DNA from: Phoronis australis
Taxonomy: Eukaryota; Animalia; Phoronida
Assembly (NCBI GenBank): GCA_002633005.1
Contig: NMRA01000057.1
Span: 527,275-591,274 of the forward strand
Length of the DNA stretch: 64,000 nucleotides
Direction of reading: 5' to 3'
Below are positions 50,201 to 64,000 of this stretch, one piece after another. Under the pieces are notes generated by a model. It was given only the letters and a program-made list of their open reading frames with translations, did not search any database and was not told the origin of the DNA. Each line of letters opens with the position of its first letter. Positions within the stretch are counted from its first letter, which is position 1. The translations under genes and the position numbers were made by a program.

Positions 50201-52934
50201 AATAAAACTTCATTTCCAAACGGTGATACCTAAAATTTGCATGTTTGTGTGGCGCCACCAATATACCATTGTCAGCGTTTTAGTCCCACGGCTATCGTCT
50301 GTCGTTTTGCTAATTGTGGCGCCCCCTCGTGACTCACAAGAATCGCCTCGTGCCAACTGCCGCACTTGACCTATGTATTCCAGAGTCTCGCTGGCACCTT
50401 GCCTGCAAAGTTACATATGCCAGGAGTTTTCAAGAAGGCATTTTTGGTGTTCAACCCGTGTTACAGTATTTGATTTCTGAGTTAACTAATGAAGATTACG
50501 AATCATCCATTCCCATGTTTATGACTAACTAGAATATTCCGACCAGTCGGTCGTACTAGTTAAAACTTCGGTTCAGATCGAAGTTGGCATTCCAGGGCTA
50601 GAGTTCTGTGGTGTAAGCCAATTGTTTCGTTTTTCAAAACTGGCGCATTAGGCCTACTTACTAAAATTTCACGTACGTACAACTTCAGTGCATACTTATA
50701 ATAAGGTTAGTGAGTGAGATGCCTGTGCTCGTGCAGCGACTGCTTCTCGAAGAGACTATTGTCTTTTGACTTGGGCCAAGTTAGAAATATCTGTTTACGA
50801 ATAGCCAATAGTTGATGTCTGTCTTGTGCGTTCCTCGAAACATCTAATCTCTTCTTAGTCCAGCAGACTATGGAGTTTCTGTCTTTTGACTTCGACTTGT
50901 AAACAAATTTTCTGACTTTCAGCCTTAGCCCTCAAGTAACAGGTTTGCATCCCATCAACCCACAGCATTGGTTGCCTGCTATTTTGATTGCTATTATCCG
51001 CAAGGCGTGCCTGCTAATATGTAGGCTTGTTTTGCTAGTATGCAGCAAAAAGTCAACACTGCGCCGTCGTCGCGAGGACCGCAGCGTTGTGTTCATGTAT
51101 CTTGGTCCGTCAATGGGAGTAGAGCACTCAATTATACTAGTAAGAACACAATTGGCAGTAGAAAGGTGACTGAGGACTGTTTTTGTTAATGTGTGGGTTG
51201 CATGCACTCAACATTGATTCAAAGTTCTACTGGAAATAACAGTAAGCAACTACAAGAACTTTTACGACAATCGTAACTTGGAAATTTACTATTGTGCTTG
51301 CCTGATACGGTAATTTTCAGCGGTCTCAAGTTACTATTCTGGGAATGACCATTGCGTAATCTTGTTTACTATGTAGAGTTCATCAAAGCGTGTGGTCTAG
51401 CTGCACTTGAGGGGCCACTGACTGAACTGAAAGCCGAAACAAGTTAACATAAACATCAAGTCTTCTGGCAATGTGATAGTATAGTAATATAATACTATAA
51501 AAACCCACACACTTATCAAAAATGGATTTCATGAATTGATCATACACCTGAACCTACGGTAATTTCTTCACTGAGCCCTGCTTAAACACACTATGGTCCC
51601 CGACAAATCAAATGTTTTCCGTCAAATTTGTTCACAAAAATAAATATTAAGAAAATTTTAGTCTATTACAATCTAAATATTATAAGCAACTTTTGGCAAA
51701 GTTTCCATTATTTGCTGTAAAATAATTAGCCATCTTTGAAAGATGACAATTTAGACTGTTGTTTATGGGCGAAATAAGTCGAAAATTACCGTATATTCGT
51801 CTCTTCTAAATATAAGCTCGGCAAGGAATTGACGTTAGTCCATAAACTGGAATTCGATCGAATAAACGTCACCGGGCTTGTCCTACAAAACCCACATGAG
51901 CAAGCGTATTATGACGCTTTAGTTGAGTCATGCTACTCGGAGCAACATGCTCATTCAAAATTAACTTGAAGCTGAATTTCGCCTCGTTACGCTTACTAAA
52001 CAACGAAAATTAAATTAGGTGTATTACTTTGCATAAAATGATGTTTCGTAATTTTTTTTACAGTGATTCTATTTTATTTCCGTTACTTACTTAAGCCAGA
52101 GGCAATGCGTTCTTATGCCATTTTCGAATATTTTCGATTTTAGGGTTGCACAATCCACTAAACAAACTCTGGAGTCGTTTTCTTGATGAGTTGGATGTTG
52201 TTGCAACGGAAATTGAATCCGAATATGATGAGTGCGATTTTATGAGAGTAAAAGGCCAAATTCGATTTTCGTTTTTATCCACTGGCAGCTGAACAGGAAA
52301 AAGCACCATACCATGTTTTGGTAATTTCAACCAATCCTCGTTCTGTCACCTAATAATGCACGACTGGCCTCCCACTCGAGTGATAAAAGCAGGATTCAAT
52401 TAAAAAATTATACTTTCTTTGTCGCAGATAGGAAATGTGGTGCTTGGTGGGTGCCGGTCTTTCCCGTACAGCTGCAGTGTAACTCGCCTAAACGTAGGTC
52501 ACGTGACGCTTGCCCGTTTAGTAGGCTTTCTAAAGTTTGCTAGAAATATTTGAGGGTTGGCGAAGATTACAACGCATTATTTTGTTTCAGAAACAAGATG
52601 GAAACGTCATTTTTAACATCTGTCAATAGCCCAAAAGCGGGTTTGGTATCCTTTTAAGCGCTTTTCATTCAAGTCGATTACTGAAGAGTTCCTTATGGTG
52701 GGTTCAAAGTACCGGCAGAACAGAGCAAACTGAAAATGCCTTTTTGCCAGCCAAGCCAAGAGGACTCGTTTTGTTTCAGTCTCAGGTGCTTTTTGGTTTC
52801 ATTTTGAGAAATGAAATGTGGTTGGATTGATTTTTGATGACCTGTCATCATGAACTATTCACCCCTTAGTCAGTCAGGCAAATCGTGCTCCGGAAATAAA
52901 CTAGTTAGCACTATGCGCACTTCTAAATCTATGA

Positions 52935-53090
52935 CAGGTGCAGATCCAGGATTTTTAAAGAGAGGGGTCGGATCAAGGATTTTTTAAAATGGGGGTCCCA
53001 GTAAACAATTTTGAAATTCTAGATTTGATTTCGTTAAAATCAAATGAAAAAGGGGTCGGGACCCTCTTGACCCCCTTGGATCCGCCTATG
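52935..53090. mobile_element. MITE (caggtgcagatccagg ... ttggatccgcctatg)
   Basis: Imperfect terminal inverted repeats with internal G/C runs. Confidence 0.65.
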
Positions 53091-54676
53091 TATAAACTAA
53101 ACTAAATAGTTATTGAATAACAGGAAAGATATCAAATATTAAAATCCACGCCAATGCATCACGTTTTCTTATCAGACATTGTGCGGGTTATACTTTTGAG
53201 TAGTCACGAGAAAAATCTAACATCATAACAAAACACGGAAAGACAAGACTGTCCGGATAAAGCATACGTGAAAATGAACACTTATAAAATTAATATTAAG
53301 ATTTGCCTTCATAATTGAGCCGATTATAAGATGCACCGCATTATTCCAGTTAGTTTTTACGTTTTTTTTTACGCAAAACGTATTTTAGTCAGATTCAAAT
53401 GAGTTAATTTGAAACAGTTCTTTCTCTTTAAGATATCATGCATGGCATATCACTTGGATTCGCCGTCACTAACTACTTCTCTGAGGCCACTGGATGACGG
53501 ACGTAACCAACAAACCACTTTCTCCTTGGATACAATTACGGCCATAAAACCCGAGTGACGTTCCTGTCGTAAATTGCGGGACGGCACTTTTCCCCCAACG
53601 ACCCACAATAGATGACTACCAGGAAACGTGTGGTAAATCACCCTCTGCTTAAAATCGTGACAAAGATAGCTGTGAATTCAAGCAATCAGAACCCTATGGC
53701 TATTTTACTGAACTAGTCAGCTCCAAATATCCCAGTGCCGGCTCTATTCCTTTCCGGGGGACAAAAATGTACTTGGGGACCACCTTCATTACTGACTAAA
53801 ATCTAACACGTGCGCCCTCTGACAATTTGGCTACAAAGAGTTTTTTTTGGCATATGTTAAAGTGGCATACCGCGTAGGATCCGAAGGCCGAAAACGGTCA
53901 ACCCGGCCCCGCAAGCTGTCATAAGACAAGCTTACAATGACTGATGCGACCATACGTGATTGCTCGAGTAAGTTTATTAGCAATAATAACCTGAGCGTTA
54001 TATGAAAAAAACAAAGTTGATCTGAACGATGGAGTTGTATTTCCATTTTACAGGAGGCCACATCGAAGGAAATGCATTATTCCGCTTCGAAAATAGTGAT
54101 AAGTACGAGTTCGAGTGGCGCACGCGTAGAAGTGAAGTTCCCCTCGCAGAAAACATCATGCTGTATAACGAGCATTTGAACGTTAAAAATGCAAGTTCAA
54201 TATATGTCATCGTTTTGTTGCTAAATTCTGATCCACAACGAAAGTGTCAAATCGTTTATTTCTTCTGGAGAAGAGGTTTTCAATTACCATCATTCAGGTT
54301 AATGGTAGTCAATCCATCGAATTTAAACTTATTAATAAATCAGTAAATTCTGAATACATTTTATTATGATTTTTCTCATGGCGCTGTAGTTCTAAATTTA
54401 GAGGTATTCAGTACGCCCAGCCTGTTAGCGCAGTGAAACGAAGTGCTGTCACAACCCCAGACGCACATTCGGGTGTGAATTAACAAGAAAATAAAACTAG
54501 ATATTATAATCTACATTTCTTTGAGAACAATATATATTACGAATAACTAAAATTTACATTCACTTGATACCTTAGTTTGAATTTCCACAGAAAGTGAGCT
54601 CATAAATAATGTAGGCCTATGAGATGAGAGGTAGAAATGTTAATTGTAAAATCTTCTGCAAATTGCAATTTTCAAT

Positions 54677-54831
54677 CAGTGCTGTAGTGATAAAATCAGA
54701 GGTAAGTAGGCGCCCAAAGCCCACCGTGTCATCTTGAGCACTGAACGTAACTTACGGTGTGCAGGCGCTACGTTCAAATGCCAAAAGGTGGTTGCTGCGC
54801 CTATGTGCGCCTACGCTCCACTACAGCACTG
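54677..54831. mobile_element. MITE with 13 bp perfect TIR CAGTGCTGTAGTG
   Basis: cagtgctgtagtg at 54677 and cactacagcactg ending at 54831. Internal aggcgc/gcgcct subrepeats. Confidence 0.75.
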
Positions 54832-55416
54832 GACACGCACTGTCAAGAGTGAAATAAGCACCAGCGGATTGTTCCATGAAAGGTGACTTAGCACTTATTA
54901 AATCAGAGATTTGGTCTTACGCTTCACATAACTTTTTTAGAAAAAAATGATTAAATTCAACAGCAAAAGTACCTGAGAATATTATCTCAACTCACTGTTA
55001 CAGACATGAATTTATACATTATTTCTAGACTGTAATACGTTCATATTTACCGGTACTTATTATGCTTATTTCATAAATTGTGAAGTGGCAGCGCAAGACC
55101 TGCCAGTCGTTCAGTAACGTTAGAACCTCGCTATAATACAAGACAACAAGAGATTGCGTGAGATAATGCAGTGTATTTTAAATGAGACCACGTGATTCTG
55201 GCTATATATGTTAGCGAGGTCCCAGAGTTACTGGATTCTAAACAAACAGTCTTGAGTCGGGGAATACTATAGAAACAGCCGAACGATGAATTCTAGGACA
55301 AGAATGAAATCATATTTCAAAACATAAACGCCATGTAATATAAAGTCATTTATCAATGTGATTTAGATCTTGCATATATTTTCGTGGAGTTACACCAAGG
55401 GGATCACAAATACTAA

Positions 55417-55613
55417 CAAGGTGCCCGCAGGCGTGTTGGCGTTACTTTTTCAACAAGCTTTGTGGAACCGCGTGGGGTCCGACAGGCTCAAATTTTCATT
55501 TTGCGAAATGTGAGGCAGAAAAATCTACCCCACAAAGGGGGGCGGGAATTAGCAGACTTGGCACCCGAAAAGGGGTATCTCAGCAATTTTTGCACACACT
55601 TGCGGGCAGCTTG
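55417..55613. mobile_element. MITE, second copy of the 31811-32040 family
   Basis: caaggtgcccgcag ... ttgcgggcagcttg, with shared internal sequence. Confidence 0.75.
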
Positions 55614-56039
55614 TCGATATGAGTGAAACCCCTCTCCCGAAATACACCTGACAGTGATGAGGTATTAATGAAGTCAAAGGACTCGCACAACTTCACAAGA
55701 GGCTAGGGACCAACTGAACGTTGATGAAACGTGTCGGTGCATAATGTACAAACAGGATAATTAACTTAAACAATTAAATAAATAAAACAGTAATTTACAC
55801 ATCGTTGCAACATATGGTTGCCCCTAATATATGATATAAGGACTGTCGTCTGCAAAAAGTTCCGGTCACATCACTCGACACCTAGCCTTAATTTGAACAT
55901 TACCGAGTATCACATTTAGGCCTATTTCAATTCCAGCTGCTATTCGCAGAACGCTGATAGGAGACTATTCAGGAATGAAGTAAAATCAGGATAATATTGG
56001 CCTTGGAAATCTGAATGAAACTGCTCCTGTATTCAGCCT

Positions 56040-57076
56040 TCAGTCAACGCCATACTTTGGGCTGAAAGTAGAGGAAGCAAACCATTGCTGTTCCTTGAGT
56101 TCGAAGGAAGCTACTTGCTTCGGCGACATGTGCAATTTCCAGTCTCCCGTTTGTCCTTTTCTCAAGAAACGACCTTTACCAGGTTCAAAGTACAAGTCTA
56201 AAGCAGAGATACTCTTGTGGTTTCTCATATTCTCAAAAGAGCATAGGTCTGCAACTTTTGCGGTAAAGTCTTCCGTAAGCTTGACTTCAAGGAATTGTGC
56301 GATTCTTCTAATCTCTTTTACTAGATCCTTCTTCATGTCTTCATAATGTACAAGTAGCATATACGTCCCGTTGAAATGCTTCCAGTATTGCGAATAAAAT
56401 GGAAAGTACGAACCACAACCGAAAGGTGGACCGTCCTTGTGAAGAAACCTGTCAATAAATTGTTGAAATGATTCGTCGTACTTGAAATACACGTGTTGTG
56501 CCACCATAAAATGATAAAAACTGACGGCAACATCTCTCGGATTTCTTACAATTAAAATGATTTTCCCCTTTGAAACATTCTTTGGAAGGAGACTCCAGTG
56601 CAAATGAGTGTTAAAAATTCTCGGCTGGGAATGTGGTAAACTATTCAGACGGTCAAACGTTTCAAATTCGTTTTCGTGACGCCCATTCACCATACGAGGT
56701 GAGCCGAATTCCAGCCAATCCATTTGTGCGTCTATATTAGTATTCAAGTCTGCTTCTTCCTCATTGGACTTTATAAGGGAAACTATAAATTTCAACCAAT
56801 GGTTTCCAGTCTTAGGATAACCAACCAGGAAAATATCGTTCAACCGAACTTCGAAATTGGCCACGAGGTTGTGTATTCTGTTTGCGCTAGTCTGTCCTTC
56901 GATATATCGAATGCCTTGAACTTCAAAAATTTTTGGAAAACTCTCGGGAATGATATTGTGGTTAAGTCCATTCTTTAACTGAAATAAAGAAGAAAAAGAA
57001 CTAATAATAAAACAAAATCATCCCTGACTTGACCAAGGGCTCTCTCTCTCCCCTCCCTCCTTCTCTCTACCTCCAT
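56040..57076 (-). CDS. Cytosolic (SULT1-like) sulfotransferase
   Basis: 5'-PSB loop DIFLVGYPKTGNHW, catalytic His region PRIFNTHL, 3'-PB RNPRDVAVSFYHF, YEDMKKD, SFENM and RKGQTGDWK. The main exon 56978-56040 stays open upstream of the listed GTG to an acceptor (ttctttatttcag). A candidate micro coding exon ATG GAG|GTAGAG at 57076-57071 joins in phase (less certain). Confidence 0.92.
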
Positions 57077-58149
57077 GAGTGGCTGATGGTTTTAAAGTTC
57101 TTTTTGGTAGCGGAAATCCGTGTCGTGAACATGTCCTTTAAACCAGATTCCATCGCCACAACCGGTTTTATTCACATTTCCATGCCCAGCTCCTACTGTG
57201 ACTTGGTGTTGCAGTATAATTACTGTGACAGATACAGTAAGCCATGCTACTTTCTTTAATAGCTCAAGGCTTGGATTTCCGTTGAAAAAATCGCTACTAC
57301 TCGGATTTTGACAATTCAAAAATCCACATGGTCTAATTTTTATTCCTCTGTATATGATTTCCACCGGTTTAAATGTTCCAAAAATAAAAATAGAAGTACA
57401 GCCTGGATGCTTTCAAGCCTTGTTTAGATGTGACTGTTCAGAAGCGATGTTTACCCTCATTACTGAAGCAGTTAACAGAGCCATTCCTTTTGATGACCAA
57501 ACACNTTCAGACCCGATTTCAAGGCTAAGTAACGGCGCTGCCGGTTGATATGTGCGTGATATCCCAGGCGATCCGCAGTGGCTCTGCGAACTGCCATTCC
57601 GTTTCCGTCGTCTGCTCCACTGTGCCACAGGCGCTTGAGTTCTTTGTTCCTCAGTCATCACTGACGTCACTAAGAAGACATGTTTCTTACATATGGTTAT
57701 GAGTCATCGGGAAATTCGAGCGCCTGTGCACTGTGCAATGAAGAAAATTCCTTCATTTTGTTAAAAAAAAAAACCGGAATCTGAGTGACGATGAAGAAAC
57801 AGAAGCTGCTGGTAAGATGTGAATTTTAATCGAAGCCTTAGTGAATCACTCAGAATCTCATAATTCTCTCTTTGTCAAACATTAAAATTAAGACGATTTC
57901 CAAAGCAATCGCGTGGTTAATGCCAACACGAAAAACGGATTTGGTCTTTTTGGCAACTGAAGACTATCTTAAGCACAAGTTTTGTTACGAACTGGTTGCA
58001 CAAAGCAATGAGATAAATATAGCTCATTAGCACAAAATATAAAGCGTGTAATAAGCATTTACAGAAATACTCAGATTCGCGCGCAAACGCTGTGGACCAT
58101 AAACAAGTACCGGTATGTCTCTTAGTATGAAATTGTGAGTACATGTAAT

Positions 58150-58215
58150 CGTACTAGCGCAGTGGTAGAGCACGCACGGTCTAGCAGACAGCTCGTGAGT
58201 TTAAGTCTGTGGCTC
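58150..58215 (+). mobile_element. Degenerate tRNA-like SINE head
   Basis: tagcgcagtggtagagc (A box) and gagtttaagtc (B-box-like) at tRNA-like spacing, but no intact cloverleaf. Confidence 0.4.
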
Positions 58216-58619
58216 TTACAACTTTTGCAGTTTTACACGTTCTCAGTGTTTTTTTCCTTTGATAATACTTCATAAGTCAAGGAAAGTGCTTGTTTTTAGA
58301 GGCAAAAACAAAATTATACTCCTGGGCGGGAGGGGGTTTCCACTTCACCCCCCATTCGACGCTATGCGCTTCTACAATCGTGCATTGCGCGACTGTAGAC
58401 AAAATGTTGGCCCCCCGTTATCATATCCTAGATCCGCCACTGGCAGTCTAGTTAAATCAAATGAAAAGAGCATGCTTTTCCGACTGGCGTAAACCCCTTG
58501 CTGTGATCACCATGCCCACTGCTCTCAGTGTCACTCAACCAATACGCATTGTTTTGGTTTACAGTAACCCCTGCAACAGTGTTCAAATAGAAGCAGTTCT
58601 ATTTTGGTGGCTCATAAAG

Positions 58620-58774
58620 CAGGAGCGGATCCAGGGTTTTGAGTTGGGGGGCAGGGCAGAGTATTAGCCAAGAATTTGCCCGTCAGACTTTCGCACCCCC
58701 GAACTGCCAAATGGAATATGGGAGAATTTTAGGGGGGGCATGGCCCCTTTGGCCCCTCTGTAAATCCGCCACTG
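58620..58774. mobile_element. MITE; inverted copy at 63697-63844
   Basis: caggagcggatccagg...aaatccgccactg. The internal gggcagagtattagcca.gaatttgccc.tcagac...ctgccaaatggaat is the reverse complement of the 63.7 kb copy. Confidence 0.8.
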
Positions 58775-61700
58775 TAAAGGTTGTCCAAAAATGAACAACT
58801 GGCAGTTGAAATTACAGGGCAGAAATTAGATAAACACTTACCTCAGAAAATGAGAGAAATGTGTGAGATGATTTGAAATGCGAATGTAAATCAAAACGTT
58901 CGGCTTAATATGGTAAAAATCTGAACAAATGACTTCAGTCAACACTGTTCTCGAAAACGTATGGTTCAACCTAGATTCAGTACAATTGCTGTAGTTTTGA
59001 AAGCGAAGTCCACTTTGTGCTAAATCAAACAATGTTGCTATGTACAACTCTCTATCCTTCTCGTTGTCCGGCATGACCTTGACTTTTTGGATCTGTCCTT
59101 TCCATCACGTGCCCGAGTTTCATATTAAAACCTGCGCTCGTCCTGAACACTTTGAAACGTGTTCAAGTATACAGCATGCAGATTTGAAAGTTGTACTTCA
59201 AACACGTGACAAATGAGGATAAAAACGTTGCAGAAACTGAAGAAATGTCGAATGTTGTTATCGATTGATAATAACATGAAATGAACCAAACTTGGAAATA
59301 AAAATATTTGTTGCCCTGCGTTGACCCCTAGATTATTTGAGAGACACAGTCAAGTGACACTATACTGTGCGACGAATTTCAGGGGATGGCGAGGAAAACA
59401 AATGGTTGCTGCCACCGATGGACAACCATAGCATAGTTCCTCGTGCGCATGACATTCAATAGTCACCACGTCTGGTATTTTTCCGAACATTTCTGTGATG
59501 CAGAAAAGAGATTGGCATACACGTATTGTGTTAACTGGTCATGACTATTGTAGGTTTTTGCTGACTGATTTCAGGACATAGGCAACCGCTAAATCGATTC
59601 GATTGCAAGTCCCGGCTGCGAGTCTGTTACACACCCATTGGCGATCTGCATTCGAATATTCGCCAGTTTCCGTACGACTGTATCGTGTACATTATTATTC
59701 TACTGATCGGTGCAGAGTAGCACGTTCTCGAAGCAAAACCCACAAAGATGTGTGAGTGTGAAATGGCTGCAAAGTATGACTAGCAGCTAGAGGGGGTAAT
59801 ACTGGTCAGACAATTTGCTGCCTTCCCTGTCGGTTATCTGCGCATGTACAGAATGACGCCATCGGTGAGGACTTTCTGCAAAAGCATGGACACCACATCT
59901 GCCGTCAAAACGTGAAAGCACGTCTGTTCGGTACTTTGAGCACGGGAGGGGGGGGGGGACAACAAGACGGTGCGGTGGTCCTAAATTGAGCACATTTTGC
60001 AGGACTTATAATCTTGGAGAGCCGTTTAATCACACTTGAAAGGTCAGTTTTGAATAAGCAGCTAACAGAGCTTCGTCGCTCGCTGCACTTGTTTGCGTGG
60101 CCTTCCTGATAACCCCTCCGTCGTACTAATTAAGTTGCAATCACATCGTATTGTGCCCTCCCCCGCTAGCTCAGTGTTGCTTTGTATAGAAATTAGTGCA
60201 TCATTTCATGTCTACTAGTGAAAAAAGAGGAGTGTTTCAAAATTTCGTGTGCTATTTTACGTATGTCTCTTGGTTAGCTTGGAAACTAACGAAATAAAGA
60301 TGATCACAAATAACGAAAAGTGGCGTGTGTTCAATGCATTTTGCCTATACATATTCTGATATATACTTTTATGTGACGTATCTACACGATAACATCATAG
60401 CGAACATTGACTAATTTGGATGTTCTATCAGTCCTGAGCTCATGTGGTACTTATTTTGAATTATACATCCACCATCATATATCACAATGCAATCGATCTC
60501 AATGCACGGATTACACGGCGATGGACTGAACTCTCCTTTGTCCTAGAAATAAGAAAGCTCTTAGTTTTGGAAATCGGGAACATTTTCGTGTCTCATTGAT
60601 GTTGGGAAGACGAATAATTTCAGATCACGCATACATGGATATTTGTCCAGTTTATAAAACCTTCAAATTGGAGTTGCAACCCACAGCACAGCAATAGGCC
60701 TAATACTTCGTGGGTATTTGAAAGATCGAGTAACGCAACAGAGAAAAACTTGTCAAGAATCAGACAACAACAGCTAGCAAGTGAAATTCTAGTGGTACGA
60801 AAACGAGTCACCAAATGTACCTGACGGATGTTTACGGCATTGTGGGTAAATACTGGGAGACTCGCGTGTCGTTGTATATTCCGGGACGGACCTATTGGGG
60901 CGAGTTTGCAGAAAAAAGAGAAACTATTGTATGCAAATTAGAGTCCGAGTTTAGAGATCTGATGGGGAAGACAAAAGCTGTTGCCAAATGTCCAAACCAA
61001 TAGCCTACCAATTCGCTATAGTTACCCGGTATAATTTAGTGCATACCAACCTTTTCTTCCATAGTCATCTATTGAAGTTTTTCCGATTCCTAGAAAAAAC
61101 AGATGTAGGTATGAATTTATGAAATCATTGAGTTTCATTTGACAGATAAAAGTACGATTGTTGACACCTGCTGTGCATTACAGCCGAATTTTCCCATGAC
61201 GACCTATACAAAAGCGTCAATTTACCACCTCATATCTAACTTTGTACAAACTACGTTGACAATTATTGGTGGAATATGTCGCACCCTCGTTAGTTAATCA
61301 TTTGGACAAATTAGCGTTTGTGTTTCAGTAGAAAAGGAATTGTTTTCAATGTTTAATAATCTATAAAACTGCAGTGTACGTATCAAAGTGGCACAGAATG
61401 CGAAAATTGCAGACTAGCTTGCATTATTCAAAGTGGTTCTCTACCACTGAAGCGTAAGTCAAACTGTTCACCACCTATTTTTACATTTTGTTTGCAAAGA
61501 TTTTGAATTTCTGTTTATGTCAAAGCATTTTTCCTTTAACTTCAAATTTCAAGAGATGATCCGTCAACTGCTCGTCACTTCGTCGATTTGTCTCCCACAA
61601 GGCAAAGCCCGCCTCTTTATTTGGTATGGCAAGACAAAGACGTAGCACATTCCTTTGTAGGTAAAATGTGACCTTTGCTGTAAAAAAGCGCTTATTTACT

Positions 61701-62774
61701 TGGTAAATGTTTATTGGACAATACTTTTTAGCACATGCGCGCTTATATATTAGGCTCGGATAATTTGAAAACTGTATTGGGATGCGAGACTATATACGTC
61801 GTCTGTGGGTCAAACATAGTGAATCTGACGATTTCTTTTTTCTAGAAATGCAATATTCGAAGTGAGTAACTCTATCTCTAGCATCCCTAATAAGTATATT
61901 CGCCACGATCTATTTAAAAGGTTTTTTTCAACTTATCGCGTTCCATGCCCCTTTAAAGAACCATATTTAACGATGCACGACAAAGCTCATTAAGCCAGTG
62001 AACAGTATACATGAACACACGAACTGATATATCCAAGGGTTCCCCAGAACAACGGAACCAATGAATTCTATCACATAATAACGCAGTCCACCGTCCCCGA
62101 TCAATCGTTTCAGTGGCAGCCATTTTGCTTGGGCATGCTGTTAGGAAGCTCCCGAGCATACTTGCGAAATAATGACTATTCACCGACTCACATGTTTTTG
62201 CTTGCCCTTGTAGTATTGATCTTGCTTTTTATTGGGAGCTTGAGTCTACGAAGCATAGCCCAGGTCTGTATGCACGCTTTCTTATACTATCATATTTTCT
62301 AAGTGAACTTCAGTATAATTCAATTGCGTCTGCCATTTTGTGAGTTCTCCACCAAAAATTAAAATAGATTTTAAAAGTATTTTGAATTCTGTATATTATG
62401 AAAAAATAGGTGTTGAAAATACGTCATTTGTGAATACGTTTAGACGAAAGTTCGCTTGGTGAGGCTTTTAACCAAAAATGAAACGCCAAATAATATTTAA
62501 CATAACGAACTAAATTTGAACTGAATGCTTGACAAAAAGAGTGCCTGATATCCCTGCAACTCATAGCGTATACTGCAGCACAGTTTGTGGTTTTGTTTTG
62601 TCTACTTTTCCTCATGTTATCTAAAATCGCTGCCCACTCACAACTTTGACCTACCTATAAGTAATAACAAAAGATAACAATATTTGAAGTAGGATAGACT
62701 CGTACTAATAGCTAAACGAAGACATTCCATCTTTGCTGAAACTCATGTTTCCGGTTTACATTTTGTAAAATCTA

Positions 62775-62850
62775 TAATAATAACAACAACGATAGCGATA
62801 ACGATAACGATAATGATGATGATGACAATGACAATAACAATAACAACAAA
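62775..62850. repeat. Compound trinucleotide microsatellite (ATA/ACA/ACG/ATG)
   Basis: ataataataacaacaacgatagcgataacgataacgataatgatgatgatgacaatgacaataacaataacaac. Confidence 0.85.
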
Positions 62851-63696
62851 AAATACTAATAAATAAGAATAAGAAGAATAGTGATTTATCTTTTGTTCAG
62901 TGGCAGATAACAAAGGCTGGTGATAAAGCGTATTTTTGCATAAGTCGATTAGATACCCCAACGTTAAAAATAGATCGATCGGCTTACATGATGATAGTTG
63001 TGGTAATATCTTGTTTGAGTGCCTTCATGATTTATGTTCAAAATAAGTCCAAAGTAAGTTTGCAGGTTCACCGACTGACAAGTGCGCAAAAGTCGGTCCG
63101 CTCCCAACCCTTTAAGCGACCGCTCTTTCCACAAGCGTTCCCATAAAGAGCGTTCCTTCATCATAATTTGTTTCTTTTCTCATGAGCTCGAACAAAATTG
63201 AGCGACCTTTATTCAAGCTTACAAATCTGGAGAAAAGAATTGAATTCACGAGAAAAGAAGGGTGGTCAATTTCTGACCAATCCGATTCGTGAATAGGCTC
63301 GGCTATTTATCATAGACAAATACATTCGAATTGCCAATATTTTGTCTCTCTACTCAGCGAGCAAATTATCCGCAACGGGTCCCAGCTGGAGGCTGTCTGT
63401 CAAGTGATTTGGATTATGAGATTACGGTTGAATTTCTCAAGTTTTTTGTGCTTCTCAGAAATTAAGAACCGCGTGTACGTATTTACCCATCATTACAAAA
63501 GTCAACGCGCTATAGGAGGGTGCAAAAATTGCATAACTCTACGCAAATCCGTGGTATGGTGACAAGTTACATAATATTCCTAAATCAACGTAGTCGAGGT
63601 CATGGGCCGGGATGTCGAGGGTGTACAAACACGTATACTCAACATATAATCTACAGCCTGCAGCTTACCCTGAGATTCTCACCATCAACATATCAG

Positions 63697-63844
63697 CAGT
63701 GGCGGATTTAGAGGGGGGCCAAGCCCCTCCCTAAAATTATCCCAGATTCCATTTGGCAGGTGTGTGGTGCGAATGTCTGATGGGCAAAATCCTGGCTAAT
63801 GCTCTGCCCTACCCCCCTAACTCAAGCTCCTAGATCCGCCCTTG
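63697..63844. mobile_element. MITE, inverted copy of 58620-58774
   Basis: cagtggcggattta...tagatccgcccttg. Confidence 0.8.
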
Positions 63845-64000
63845 ACCAGCGCAGCCTCCTCCACCCCCACAATCCATTATCATAATTAATGTTCGTCATT
63901 ATCCTAATCTCAATAGTCATCGTTATTATTTTTCTTGTGCTAAAAGCATACTCTAATATAGCGGGCGTACTTAAAAAGAAATTTATGTCTTTCCTACAAA

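Noticed and set aside
58150-58215. tRNA gene
   Set aside because: A/B-box-like motifs are present, but no acceptor or anticodon stems could be formed. Treated as a SINE remnant.
60815-61003. 62-aa ORF as a small gene or exon
   Set aside because: No recognisable motif or clear splice context.
62743-62961. Hydrophobic 72-aa 'membrane peptide'
   Set aside because: Translation of a trinucleotide microsatellite.

Overview
This is AT-rich, intron-containing animal genomic DNA. An invertebrate, probably lophotrochozoan, origin is inferred from gene and repeat style. Five host genes are supported. (1) The first exon of a cathepsin L-like protease (-), which continues off the left edge. (2) A 1312-aa single-exon uncharacterised protein with three related globular repeats (-). 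(3) A 9-coding-exon ADP-ribosylarginine hydrolase of the ARH1/ADPRH type (-). (4) A multi-exon STAND NTPase with a DED-like N-terminus, NB-ARC domain and TPRs (+), head-to-head with the ARH1 gene across a ~300 bp putative bidirectional promoter. (5) A cytosolic sulfotransferase (-). Mobile DNA includes a decayed Ty3/Gypsy integrase, a decayed Polinton/Maverick (adintovirus-like) element, tRNA-derived SINEs, several MITE families, minisatellites and hairpins. The Polinton relic retains integrase, small membrane protein, penton, major capsid and protease remnants plus an inverted second copy. Exon boundaries were read by eye from GT/AG signals and frame continuity. No database searches were run.
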